Assembly (NCBI GenBank): GCA_016198685.1
Contig: JACQID010000006.1
Span: 32,001-96,000, forward strand
Origin: Candidatus Aenigmatarchaeota archaeon
GTDB taxonomy: Archaea; Aenigmatarchaeota; Aenigmatarchaeia; GW2011-AR5
Length of the DNA: 64,000 bases
Reading direction: 5' to 3'
Shown: positions 9,416-17,964 of the stretch, piece after piece
Layout of the letters: every line of letters begins with the position of its first letter
How positions within the stretch are numbered: position 1 is the stretch's first letter
Translations under genes and position numbers: made by a program
Notes under the pieces: generated by a model
Database searches by the model: none
The model's input: the letters and a program-made list of their open reading frames with translations, nothing else
Told to the model about the DNA's origin: nothing

Positions 9416-10858
9416 TCAGCACATGAACAGGAAGAACTTCAGCGGGATTTGCAGCACTTTGCCTTCCAGGTCCAGCGTATTTTTTGTCACCATGATGCCG
9501 AAGGGCGATTTGTACTTGGTCATGAACCGCGGCATTGCCCTTGATTCCTCCCGGCTGTTGCGGAATTTGACCTCTATTGGGATGGGCGTTCCTGCGTCGA
9601 GCACTACGTCTATCTCGCCTTCCTTGCACATCCAGTAAAAAACTTCCGCATCCTGGCTTCCGTTCAGGAAAAATTTCAGCCGCTTGACGTGGTCAAAAAC
9701 GAGCGTTTCGGCCGCTATGCCCATTTCCACCGGCTCCTTCAACAGGGATTCATTCATCATTCCCACCATGCTGTTCCTCATCCCAACATCGTTGAGATAG
9801 TATTTCTTCTCCTTGCGCTCCCGCACAGGAAGCCTTTTTGAATAAAAGCTGGACTTTGACACCAGAAACACATCTTCAAGATATCCGATGTGCGATATCA
9901 CGGTAGGGCGCTCAACACCTATGTCCTGAGATATTCCAGCATACGTCAGCCTGCTCCCGGATTTTGCGGCTATCAGCGACATGAAATACCGTATTATATC
10001 GACGCGCCTTACCCGGTGCCTCTCTATTATGTCCAGAATGGACTTCGACAATATCGTATCCTTGAGCTCGGAACTGCATTCCGCCAGGTCGTGATTCTTC
10101 TGTATTTCGGGATAGCCGCCTTTTATCATGAAGGCCGAAAGGCCCCTCTCGATTTCATTTTCATGTTTCACCAACTCGTGCGACATGCCGCCAAAAGCTT
10201 TGCGCAGTTCCGCCGGACTGCCCTTTCTTATGGACGCGCAAAGCGCGTCCCTCAATGCAAGGCTCAACTCGTAATATTCCTGCGTCTTGCCGCCGAAGTC
10301 CATGATATCGCTGAATTTCAACGGCAGGACTATCCGTTCCTTTATCCTGCCCACGAGGCGGCCGGCGCCTTTCTGTATCATGGCGCTGGACGAGCCGGAA
10401 ACTATGAATTTTATGTTGTATCCGTAATCAAACCACGTCTTCAGCTTCTTTTCCCAGTCTTCCAGATACTGTATCTCATCCAATAGAACGTATATCTTTT
10501 GCGCAATCTTCCGATAGTCTTCTTTCAATATATTGCGGGAATAGACCTCAATTATAGACTCCAGCGGCTCCTTAGCGGACGATGCCAGATATGCATTATC
10601 CATGGACGCATAAATTATATGCACGGGATCTATATTTCTGTTTTTTATCATGTGTTCAATAAGCTGGAACAGCAAAGTCGTTTTGCCTACCCGTCTCGGA
10701 CCTATTATAGACGTTATTTTTTCAGAATCAAGTTCCTTCCATAACGTATAGAAATCCCGCCGCCTGAAATCGGGCGCCTTGCTTTTAGGTAGCGCCATTC
10801 CTTCCCAATGGGGGTTGTACTCGTTCGTCAATACGCGCAATACTTGTAATTCATCCAT
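9416..10858 (-). CDS. AAA+ ATPase (AAA_14-type) with DUF4143 C-terminal domain
   Basis: GPRRVGKTT Walker A, LLDEIQ Walker B, VSGSSS, GGYPE, KKYYLNDVG, and C-terminal EIDVV..PIEVK (PD-(D/E)xK-like). Confidence 0.9.
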   Translation of the reverse strand: MDELQVLRVLTNEYNPHWEGMALPKSKAPDFRRRDFYTLWKELDSEKITSIIGPRRVGKTTLLFQLIEHMIKNRNIDPVHIIYASMDNAYLASSAKEPLESIIEVYSRNILKEDYRKIAQKIYVLLDEIQYLEDWEKKLKTWFDYGYNIKFIVSGSSSAMIQKGAGRLVGRIKERIVLPLKFSDIMDFGGKTQEYYELSLALRDALCASIRKGSPAELRKAFGGMSHELVKHENEIERGLSAFMIKGGYPEIQKNHDLAECSSELKDTILSKSILDIIERHRVRRVDIIRYFMSLIAAKSGSRLTYAGISQDIGVERPTVISHIGYLEDVFLVSKSSFYSKRLPVRERKEKKYYLNDVGMRNSMVGMMNESLLKEPVEMGIAAETLVFDHVKRLKFFLNGSQDAEVFYWMCKEGEIDVVLDAGTPIPIEVKFRNSREESRAMPRFMTKYKSPFGIMVTKNTLDLEGKVLQIPLKFFLFMC

Positions 10859-10910
10859 GTATAGTATACTATACGTAGAGTATTTAAATACATGTATAGT
10901 ATACTATACA
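10856..10910. promoter_or_regulatory. Twin 16-bp perfect palindromes flanking the TATA box of the ATPase gene
   Basis: CATGTATAGTATACTATAC occurs at 10856-10874 and 10891-10909. Its core GTATAGTATACTATAC is self-complementary. TATTTAAATA (10881-10890) lies between the copies. Confidence 0.75.
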
Positions 10911-10951
10911 CCATTGGTTATGTGCCTGTTGGTATAAACGGTGATCATGTA

Positions 10952-13063
10952 TCACGCTTTCGCAGTCCTGCGCGAATTTATCATGGCGCGGACTATCCGC
11001 AGTTCATCATAGGAATATCCATCGCCCAGCTTTTCCTTCAGCGCCCCGAGTCCCTGCGTGGCAAGTCCCGACATCTCGCGTTCTATCGCATCCTGCCTCT
11101 CTTTCGGGATTATATTGTCTATGTTCACGTCGTTCCCGAGCATGAAAAGGCTTTCTATGTGGGATGCTATCGTGCTTTCGGCAAGGCCACGCCTTGTCGC
11201 TATCTCCCGGAGCGATAACCCTTGCTTTGCAAGGAAAAGTGTTTGCTTGTAATCACCGTTTGCGGAAATTCTTGGGACTTCATCGGACTTCTGTTTCTCA
11301 GCGATGTTATGCTCCTTGCAGTAGTCCAGTATTTTCCGAAGGAACGCACGGCCGTACTTCTGCAACTTGTGCTCGCCTACTCCGTGTATCTTTGCCATGG
11401 CATCTATGGTCTGGGGATAATAGGTTGCCATCTCCTTCAAGGTGGAGTCAGGGAATATTATGTAAGGCGGAACTCTCTCGGCGTCTGCCATGACTTTTCT
11501 TAACTGGCGCAATATGTCGAAGAGCGCTGTTATCGGCTCTTCTTTCTTGGTCAGCTTGATCTTTGCAGGCTTTGTGAGTTTCACTGTTACTATACCGCGC
11601 AAGACATCCATGCCGCTCTGGGTTATCTTAAGGATAGGATATTTGTCGCCTTCGGCCTTAAGGAAGCCCTGCGGCTGAAGCTCGCGGATGAAAGATGTCC
11701 ATTGCTTTGCAGGATAGTCCTTTCCTGCCCCGCAACTCTTGAGCATGGAATGGGCATAGCTCTTGGATTTCCCTGTAAGAAGCGATGAGACGTAGGTTGC
11801 GCCGAAGCGCTGCTCTAAATCAAGAACGCAGCGCAGGATCTTTTTCGCAATGTCAGTCCCGTCTATCACTTCGTGAGGCATTATGCAGTTGTCGCACTTT
11901 ATGCATATTCCGTCAAACGTTTCGCCGAAGTAGTCAAGAAGGAATCTTCGCCTGCATTCCCGGCTTTCACAATATTCAAGCATCTCGGCAAGCTTCTTTC
12001 TTGCAGTCTCCTGCTTTTTCGTACTTCTAAGCTTCTCTATGAAGTAGTCAACTTTGCGCTTGTCGGCATATGTATAGAAGAGTATGCAATCGCTCTCAAG
12101 CCTGTCGCGCCCTGCGCGGCCGGTTTCCTGGTAATAGCCTTCTATGCTCCTTGGAAGGTCGTAGTGTATCACGTATCTTACATTCGTCTTGTTGATGCCC
12201 ATTCCAAAGGCTATCGTTGCAACGATTATTTCCGCATCATCCTTGATGAACGCCTCTTGATTCGCTTCACGTGCGTCTGTTGAAAGACCTGCATGATAGG
12301 AAAGGGCGCGAAAGCCCTCCTGCCTGAGACGCGATGTTATCCGGTCTGCGGTCTTCCTGCCCTGACAATAGATTATGCCGGAGTCTTTGGACCGTGCGCG
12401 GATATAATCGACGATCTGCGATATGCTGTCCTTCTTGGGCCGGACATAATACGTAAGATTCTCGCGGTTGAAGCTTCGGCGGTGTATCACCGGGCTTTTT
12501 AACATAAGATTATGGACTATATCGTCCTGGACTTCGGGTATTGCAGTTGCAGTCAGGGCAATAATAGGAACATCAGGGAAATTATCGCGCAAAAGACGAA
12601 GCCTTCGGTATTCAGGTCTGAAATCATGGCCCCATTCCGAGATGCAATGCGCTTCATCTATAGCGAACAAGGATATTTTCAGCATCTTGAGGAATGGAAG
12701 GAAATCATAAGATGCAAAACGTTCAGGCGCAACATACAAGAGCTTGTCCTTGCCCGTAAGCAGGCGGACTTTCACGTTCTCGGCCTCGACCGGCGCCATG
12801 GAACTGTTGATGCACGAGGCTCCTATGCCGTTGATGCGAAGAGCATCCACTTGATCTTTCATAAGAGCTATCAACGGCGATACCACGACTGTAATCCCGG
12901 GCTTCATCAAAGCTGGAAGCTGGTAGCAGAGCGACTTGCCGCTGCCTGTAGGCATGAGTACAAATACGTCTCTTCCTGAAACCACATCATTGATGATGCT
13001 TTCCTGGCCGGGGTTGAAGGAAGAATATCCGAAATGCTTCTGCAGCAGCTCGAGCGCTTGCAT
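10952..13063 (-). CDS. recQ: ATP-dependent DNA helicase RecQ (bacterial type; RQC, HRDC and C-terminal HTH)
   Basis: FGYSSFNPGQ, MPTGSGKSLCYQLP, AIDEAHCISEWGHDFRPEY, ALTATA, YYQETGRAGRD, Zn site CRRRFLLDYFGE..CIKCDNC, HRDC VPPYIIFPDSTL. Confidence 0.96.
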   Translation of the reverse strand: MQALELLQKHFGYSSFNPGQESIINDVVSGRDVFVLMPTGSGKSLCYQLPALMKPGITVVVSPLIALMKDQVDALRINGIGASCINSSMAPVEAENVKVRLLTGKDKLLYVAPERFASYDFLPFLKMLKISLFAIDEAHCISEWGHDFRPEYRRLRLLRDNFPDVPIIALTATAIPEVQDDIVHNLMLKSPVIHRRSFNRENLTYYVRPKKDSISQIVDYIRARSKDSGIIYCQGRKTADRITSRLRQEGFRALSYHAGLSTDAREANQEAFIKDDAEIIVATIAFGMGINKTNVRYVIHYDLPRSIEGYYQETGRAGRDRLESDCILFYTYADKRKVDYFIEKLRSTKKQETARKKLAEMLEYCESRECRRRFLLDYFGETFDGICIKCDNCIMPHEVIDGTDIAKKILRCVLDLEQRFGATYVSSLLTGKSKSYAHSMLKSCGAGKDYPAKQWTSFIRELQPQGFLKAEGDKYPILKITQSGMDVLRGIVTVKLTKPAKIKLTKKEEPITALFDILRQLRKVMADAERVPPYIIFPDSTLKEMATYYPQTIDAMAKIHGVGEHKLQKYGRAFLRKILDYCKEHNIAEKQKSDEVPRISANGDYKQTLFLAKQGLSLREIATRRGLAESTIASHIESLFMLGNDVNIDNIIPKERQDAIEREMSGLATQGLGALKEKLGDGYSYDELRIVRAMINSRRTAKA

Positions 13064-13214
13064 TTCATTAGAATGTAGGGGAAGCTTTTATGCGTGCACT
13101 ATGCATCCTTGAACTTTATAGCGTGAACATCATGCTATTCCCGAATACTGCAGGGAACTTTTCACTTTCGCCATGCGCGGCAGTCTTTTATATATCCCCT
13201 GCCGGAATCTTATT

Positions 13215-14072
13215 ATGGAAAGCCGGTTGTTAAACAGGCAGAAGGTCCTTATGTTGATGCTTGAAGAACTGCAGAACCGTGGTATTGCATCAAAGACTTT
13301 CCTTGTAAAGTCCCTGTTCCTTCTCGGACAGGAAGGAAATGCGGATTCTGGCGGCGGTAATAAATTAAAATTGTATTCCTTTTACCCATACAAATACGGA
13401 CCGTTCTCTTCGCTTTCCTATGACGACTTGATAGCGCTTGAGAAGCGTGGTTATATTACAAAGGACCGAAATGTCACGGAGAGAGGGAGGTTTGCCAGCC
13501 AGAAAATTAGGAAAACGCTCATGCCCAAGATAAAGAGCATAGTGGAACGATTCAATTCACAGGAAGAAATCAAGAGTTATGTTTACAAAAAATATCCCGA
13601 ATATACTGTAAGGAGCGAGCTACTGCCGAAAACGACAGTTAGGGAAAAAGGTATATGCACGATAGGATACGAAGGAAAGGACATAGATGAATTTCTCAAT
13701 ATGCTGATAAAGAACAACGTTACGGTATTGGCGGACATACGGCATAACCCATTCAGCATGAACCCAAGCTACAGGCGGGAAAGTCTTAAAAGCAAGTTGG
13801 AAAGTGCCGGAATACGCTATATCCACATCAAGAATCTTGGCATAGAAGGGAGCATGAGGAAAGGTCTCGTATCGACGGAAGCTTATACGACCCTTTTCAG
13901 GGAGTATAGCGACAGAATCCGCAAAAATCCAGCGGAGATAGAACAACTCACCCAACTCGGCGGCAATGAAAAGGTAGCGTTGCTCTGCTTCGAGAACGAC
14001 AAGAATATGTGCCACAGAGGAATAGTTGCCGAAGAACTTGAGAAGAAAGGTATCGCTGCGGTTCACTTATAG
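13215..14072 (+). CDS. Fusion: N-terminal Panacea/SocA-like winged-helix domain plus C-terminal DUF488 domain
   Basis: N-terminus KSLFLL..FYPYKYGPFS. C-terminus TIGYEG..LADIRHNPFS..YIHIKNLG..LLCFE..CHR (DUF488). Start inferred at ATG 13215. Confidence 0.8.
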   Translation: MESRLLNRQKVLMLMLEELQNRGIASKTFLVKSLFLLGQEGNADSGGGNKLKLYSFYPYKYGPFSSLSYDDLIALEKRGYITKDRNVTERGRFASQKIRKTLMPKIKSIVERFNSQEEIKSYVYKKYPEYTVRSELLPKTTVREKGICTIGYEGKDIDEFLNMLIKNNVTVLADIRHNPFSMNPSYRRESLKSKLESAGIRYIHIKNLGIEGSMRKGLVSTEAYTTLFREYSDRIRKNPAEIEQLTQLGGNEKVALLCFENDKNMCHRGIVAEELEKKGIAAVHL

Positions 14073-14160
14073 CAAATTGCAATAATAATGGAGCATTTGC
14101 CTGCAATTTGTTATATGTAAATAACATTATAGAATGCTCCAAAATAAACGTTATTTACTA
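14070..14160. repeat. Two inverted copies of a 44-46 bp quasi-palindromic element
   Basis: Copy 1, 14070-14113: TAGCAAATTGCA-N20-TGCAATTTGTTA. Copy 2, 14115-14160, reverse complement: TAGTAAATAACG-N22-TGTTATTTACAT. Both share the core TGGAGCATT. Confidence 0.75.
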
Positions 14161-14165
14161 TTATA

Positions 14166-14911
14166 GTGAAAGAAAAAGTTTTGGTCCTCACCCGGGCCAC
14201 GCCTGAAGAAAGCAGGAAATACGGATACAAGGTATGCGTAGCAGGCATTACAGAGAATGGAGGAGGCTCTATCCGTTTACGTTTCAGTACGGAAAAGTTT
14301 CCCTGCCGTTTGGGAAGAAAGATATAATAGAAGTCGAAACCGAGAAAAATTCTGAAGATGCCAGAAAGGAAAGCAGAAAAGTCAGAAGCTTTGAGAAAAT
14401 TCCTTTGCCGAAAGATGATAGAGAAATAGTACGCCTGCTAAACGGACTTGTATGCACAGTAGAAAATATGAAAAACAAAGGCGACAGCTTATGCGTTATA
14501 AAACCTGAAATAGCAGGATTGGACGTTATTATAAATGACATGAATATTTGTGATGAACAAACATATTTTTCCCTTTCCGCCGGCCTTGGAAAACGCGAGA
14601 AGACTAAGATCCCTATCGAATGCTCATACATTTTCACATGCGGCGGCGAATGCTGCGGCAGCAGATCCCACAAGATGATAATTATAGATTGGGAAGTAAA
14701 TGAACTCGCAAGAAACGTACTCAAGTCAGAACCGAATAAGACGGAAGCGGAACGAAAAATAAGAGCAAAACTCTTCCATTGGATGAAGACGCGCGAAGTA
14801 TATTTCATATTAGGCACGCATTTCAAATGGAAAACGCCTATGATAATAGGAATTTACTATCCTTCCTCGGTTGCAGCAGGACAGAGCATGCTGAAAGAAT
14901 TTCAAAAATGA
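14166..14911 (+). pseudogene. Frameshifted DUF488-associated protein (dual-OB-like family)
   Basis: GTG at 14166 reads MKEKVLVLTRATPEESRKYGYKVCVAGITENG and stops at 14327. The -1 frame continues EWRRLYPF... to 14911. Joined, they give the family-like VCxAGITExGEWxRLYP. Confidence 0.75.
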
Positions 14912-14920
14912 GGTGAAATT

Positions 14921-15205
14921 ATGCCAAGGAAGTTGAAGAAACTGGACATCTTAATGCTGTTGGAAACAATCGGAGATACTGTAGAGAACAGGATCATGGA
15001 TTTCTTAATCGAAGGCCGGGGAATAGACTATAGCAAAACCGATATAGCGGATAACTGTGAAGTTTCAAGGCCTGCTCTTTATCGTGTCCTGCCAAGCCTT
15101 GTCAGGCAGGGCGTAGTCAAGCCTACAAGAGTTATAGGAAGGGTGCAGCTTTATTCTCTTGATAGCGAAAATGAAAGGGTGAAAGCCCTGCATAAAGAGT
15201 GGTTT
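14921..15205 (+). CDS. Small winged-HTH regulator; no stop of its own, reads through into the next gene
   Basis: RIMDFLI..DYSKTDIADNCEVSRPALYRVLPSLVRQGVVKPTRVIGRVQLYSL is a typical archaeal wHTH. GAGGTGA SD. The end coordinate is approximate. Confidence 0.65.
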
Positions 15206-15232
15206 TTAATAATAAGAGGGCAAATGCATAGC

Positions 15233-16144
15233 ATGAGAATTATAATTGTCACTATGCTCTTGGCGGCACTTGTCGCAGGATGCGTGCAAAGAGGCGTTGA
15301 AACCGAGCCCCCTAAGTTGAGTACGCCGCCGGCGGCACTGAATGTCTATGGCGAGCTTATTGGGCAGGAAAACAGCGGCATCGACACGATTTTTACAATC
15401 CGCACGGATTTCGTGGATTATGAAACGAATAGTTCAGTAATAGAAGTGGCAACCGAGCCCTTTCCGCTGAATCTAACGGTGGGTATGAAATACGCATTCG
15501 CCTTTGAGGACTCAGGATTTGAAAGAATCGGGTTGTGGGATAGCATAAGTGTTTCCGAGGATTTCACGAAATATCAGAAAGACGGGGAATTTATTCATAA
15601 ATACGACATGTCATTCGGGGACATTTACAGCAATGCATCGTCGGATCTCGTGCAAATTAAAGAAGACCGGGTTGCTGCTAACGGAGAAACGACCCTTCAG
15701 GCCATGATCATAAACAATCAGAACGTGCCTATAGCATTTGAGATATCAAATGTCATGCTAATAGACAAAGAGATCGCCATGCTCGATTTGAGGGAATGCG
15801 GGCAGGGTGAAGAAGAATTCCGCGAAATCTCGATCCCGAAGGTTATGGGAGATAATGACACAGGTGACGGCACGGAAATAGAGCACGTATGCTCAAAAAT
15901 TCCTCGTAGCGAGAGGCTGGCAAATTCCATAATATCGGGATGCACCGCCAACGGCACTGAGGGCATGGTAGATGCTGGAAGCAGCTACGCGATCAGCTTC
16001 GATGTTTCCTGCCAAACCCCGATAATATGCGAGGATGGCCAGTGCAGCATTGCGCTCATAGGTGACCGCAAATTTACCGATGAACTCGGCAATATGCACG
16101 TTATGGCAAACGCTTACCTAAAACAACACCTGACACTAGAATAG
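15233..16144 (+). CDS. Putative exported lipoprotein with Cys-rich C-terminal region
   Basis: Signal peptide with lipobox (MRIIIVTMLLAALVAG-C). An AT-rich promoter-like TTTTTAATAATA lies just upstream. In frame with the wHTH gene. Confidence 0.7.
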   Translation: MRIIIVTMLLAALVAGCVQRGVETEPPKLSTPPAALNVYGELIGQENSGIDTIFTIRTDFVDYETNSSVIEVATEPFPLNLTVGMKYAFAFEDSGFERIGLWDSISVSEDFTKYQKDGEFIHKYDMSFGDIYSNASSDLVQIKEDRVAANGETTLQAMIINNQNVPIAFEISNVMLIDKEIAMLDLRECGQGEEEFREISIPKVMGDNDTGDGTEIEHVCSKIPRSERLANSIISGCTANGTEGMVDAGSSYAISFDVSCQTPIICEDGQCSIALIGDRKFTDELGNMHVMANAYLKQHLTLE

Positions 16145-16172
16145 ACCAAAAGTGAAATTCTAGAATATACTA

Positions 16173-16790
16173 TCATTCTCGCAGAGGTGCAGGCAGATCG
16201 GAATTTTCCGGCAGTTCTCCTATTGCATCAACGAGCGAAGCGTATTTCCATGGATACGTGAGGTTCACTGAATAAGGACCATGCGGGTTCCTTTTGGTCG
16301 CCCGCTCAATTACAGCATTTGCTATTGCCATCACATGCGCTTTGGTTTCAGGATGTATGCTTCCATGATGCAAATAGCCCTTCATTGTACCGAAAACATC
16401 AACATCATCACTCAGAAGATCCGCAGAACCATAGGTCTCGCCTGGAAGCCTTTCATATACGCCTTGATCGTTCAATACCCACCCGCTATCGTGGATTCTG
16501 AATCTGTCAGGATGGCGTTCCACATCCAGCACAGTCACTTGAACACGTCCTTTGGGAATGCAGAAACTGGAATTCGCAAGGCCCATGTAAGCTTTCTCCC
16601 TAAGGTTAAGCGTTATTCCTGTTTCATTGTCGGGAACCACCTGTACGACAGGAGCACGAGTATAACGCATGCTATCCGGCACGGCAGGGCCATACACGAC
16701 GCCTGATGCTGGCGTTTCGTATGCCGCATCTGCACGGGGCGCGCTACTTTTATTTCGCCCAAAGAGTCCATTCAAATCAATTTTGACCAT
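16173..16790 (-). CDS. Hypothetical protein (205 aa)
   Basis: Long ORF with ATG start and a TTTAAATA TATA-like box upstream. No motif recognised. Confidence 0.7.
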   Translation of the reverse strand: MVKIDLNGLFGRNKSSAPRADAAYETPASGVVYGPAVPDSMRYTRAPVVQVVPDNETGITLNLREKAYMGLANSSFCIPKGRVQVTVLDVERHPDRFRIHDSGWVLNDQGVYERLPGETYGSADLLSDDVDVFGTMKGYLHHGSIHPETKAHVMAIANAVIERATKRNPHGPYSVNLTYPWKYASLVDAIGELPENSDLPAPLRE

Positions 16791-16835
16791 GTTTCAACGT
16801 TATTACTAAGAAGTAAACATATTTAAAGTTTATTT

Positions 16836-17198
16836 CTAGCCTTCTGGATTCCCGTCAGTGTCCCTGTAAGACGAATTTCTTCTGTCCCGTTTTCTCATCT
16901 TATTTACGCCGCATACGCATTCAGTGCCCATAGTCCTGAAAAACGCGTAAGCTACAGCCGAAGAGATGTACACTGGTATTTCGGGAAGCTCTCGCATCTC
17001 CGGAATAAATCGATATGCGAAAGGAAATACTAAGGACGCAACCGTGAATGCCTTTCTCATAAGCTCATGGTTATAGAGGACGGCCTGCTCGCCTTTCGGC
17101 ATGTTAGGCTGCGGTTCATAGTCGCCTATAACATTGCAGAGAATCGTTCGGCCATTCAGGCGTTTGCCGGGAAAAGTTGCCGTATCATTCACTTTCAT
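16836..17198 (-). CDS. Hypothetical protein, possibly membrane-associated (120 aa)
   Basis: Overlaps the upstream ORF's stop and has hydrophobic segments. Confidence 0.6.
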   Translation of the reverse strand: MKVNDTATFPGKRLNGRTILCNVIGDYEPQPNMPKGEQAVLYNHELMRKAFTVASLVFPFAYRFIPEMRELPEIPVYISSAVAYAFFRTMGTECVCGVNKMRKRDRRNSSYRDTDGNPEG

Positions 17199-17787
17199 CG
17201 GCCGAAGAAAGAACTGCTCTTAGGTCATCTATTTTGAGATTTGTCCCCCCTGTCTGCGATAACAAATTGGTCAGGGGATTCAAAACAGGCATACCCCATG
17301 TGAATTTGCTTGCAGGCGGTTCTGCCGTATCCATCGCATAATGATAACGAATTTCCTCCAGCCTTTGGGTATTGAGGCCTTCCAAAAGCCGTATATACCA
17401 ATCCAAATCACTTAGAATTATCCCGGCGTAACAGTTGCCGCGGAATTCTGGTTGAGCTGCGGGGTATAACTCCTGCTCCTTTGCCAATGCACAAATGGCT
17501 CCTTGGCGCGCTTTCTCACGGGCTTCAGAATTGCTTGATCGGGCAGAATTATAAAGAGCCAGCAATGCAGCTGTCCTGCAGATGTTCAGAGCGCCCATAT
17601 AGCCTTCATGGCCTGAGTGACGGAGCTGTTCAGCCATTAACGGCGCGGCTGCTATTATCTTCTGATAATTTCCATGTCGGTTGTAAAGAAGCCTGCCTTC
17701 TACAGCCGCCTCGGCAAGATCTATGTCCAAATGCTCAAGCCCGAGCGATTCGGCTACGTCCAGAATATACGGCTTGAAATATCCCAT
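17185..17787 (-). CDS. Hypothetical protein (200 aa)
   Basis: Long ATG ORF co-oriented with its neighbours. No motif recognised. Confidence 0.7.
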   Translation of the reverse strand: MGYFKPYILDVAESLGLEHLDIDLAEAAVEGRLLYNRHGNYQKIIAAAPLMAEQLRHSGHEGYMGALNICRTAALLALYNSARSSNSEAREKARQGAICALAKEQELYPAAQPEFRGNCYAGIILSDLDWYIRLLEGLNTQRLEEIRYHYAMDTAEPPASKFTWGMPVLNPLTNLLSQTGGTNLKIDDLRAVLSSADESE

Positions 17788-17964
17788 AGTTGCACTTCAC
17801 ACAAAAGAATTAAACCGTATCAATTCAATGTTCGGCAGAAATAGGAGCAGCTATTATTTTCATGCGTAGTTCTAATTATAGTAACTCGATTTCCTTAACC
17901 CCAAAAATCGCATTCTTTTGGCAACACTTCGTTGAACAACGTCTAATAACGAGGCAAGAGTAAA

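Noticed and set aside
14115-14160. Integron attC reading of the repeat (AAC...GTT arms next to gene ends)
   Set aside because: Arms do not fit RYYYAAC/GTTRRRY, the element is shorter than typical attC sites, and no integron integrase is present.
17830-17871. Short plus-strand frame MFGRNRSS echoing FGRNKSS in the 16173-16790 ORF
   Set aside because: Only 13 codons with no extended DNA similarity; treated as coincidence.
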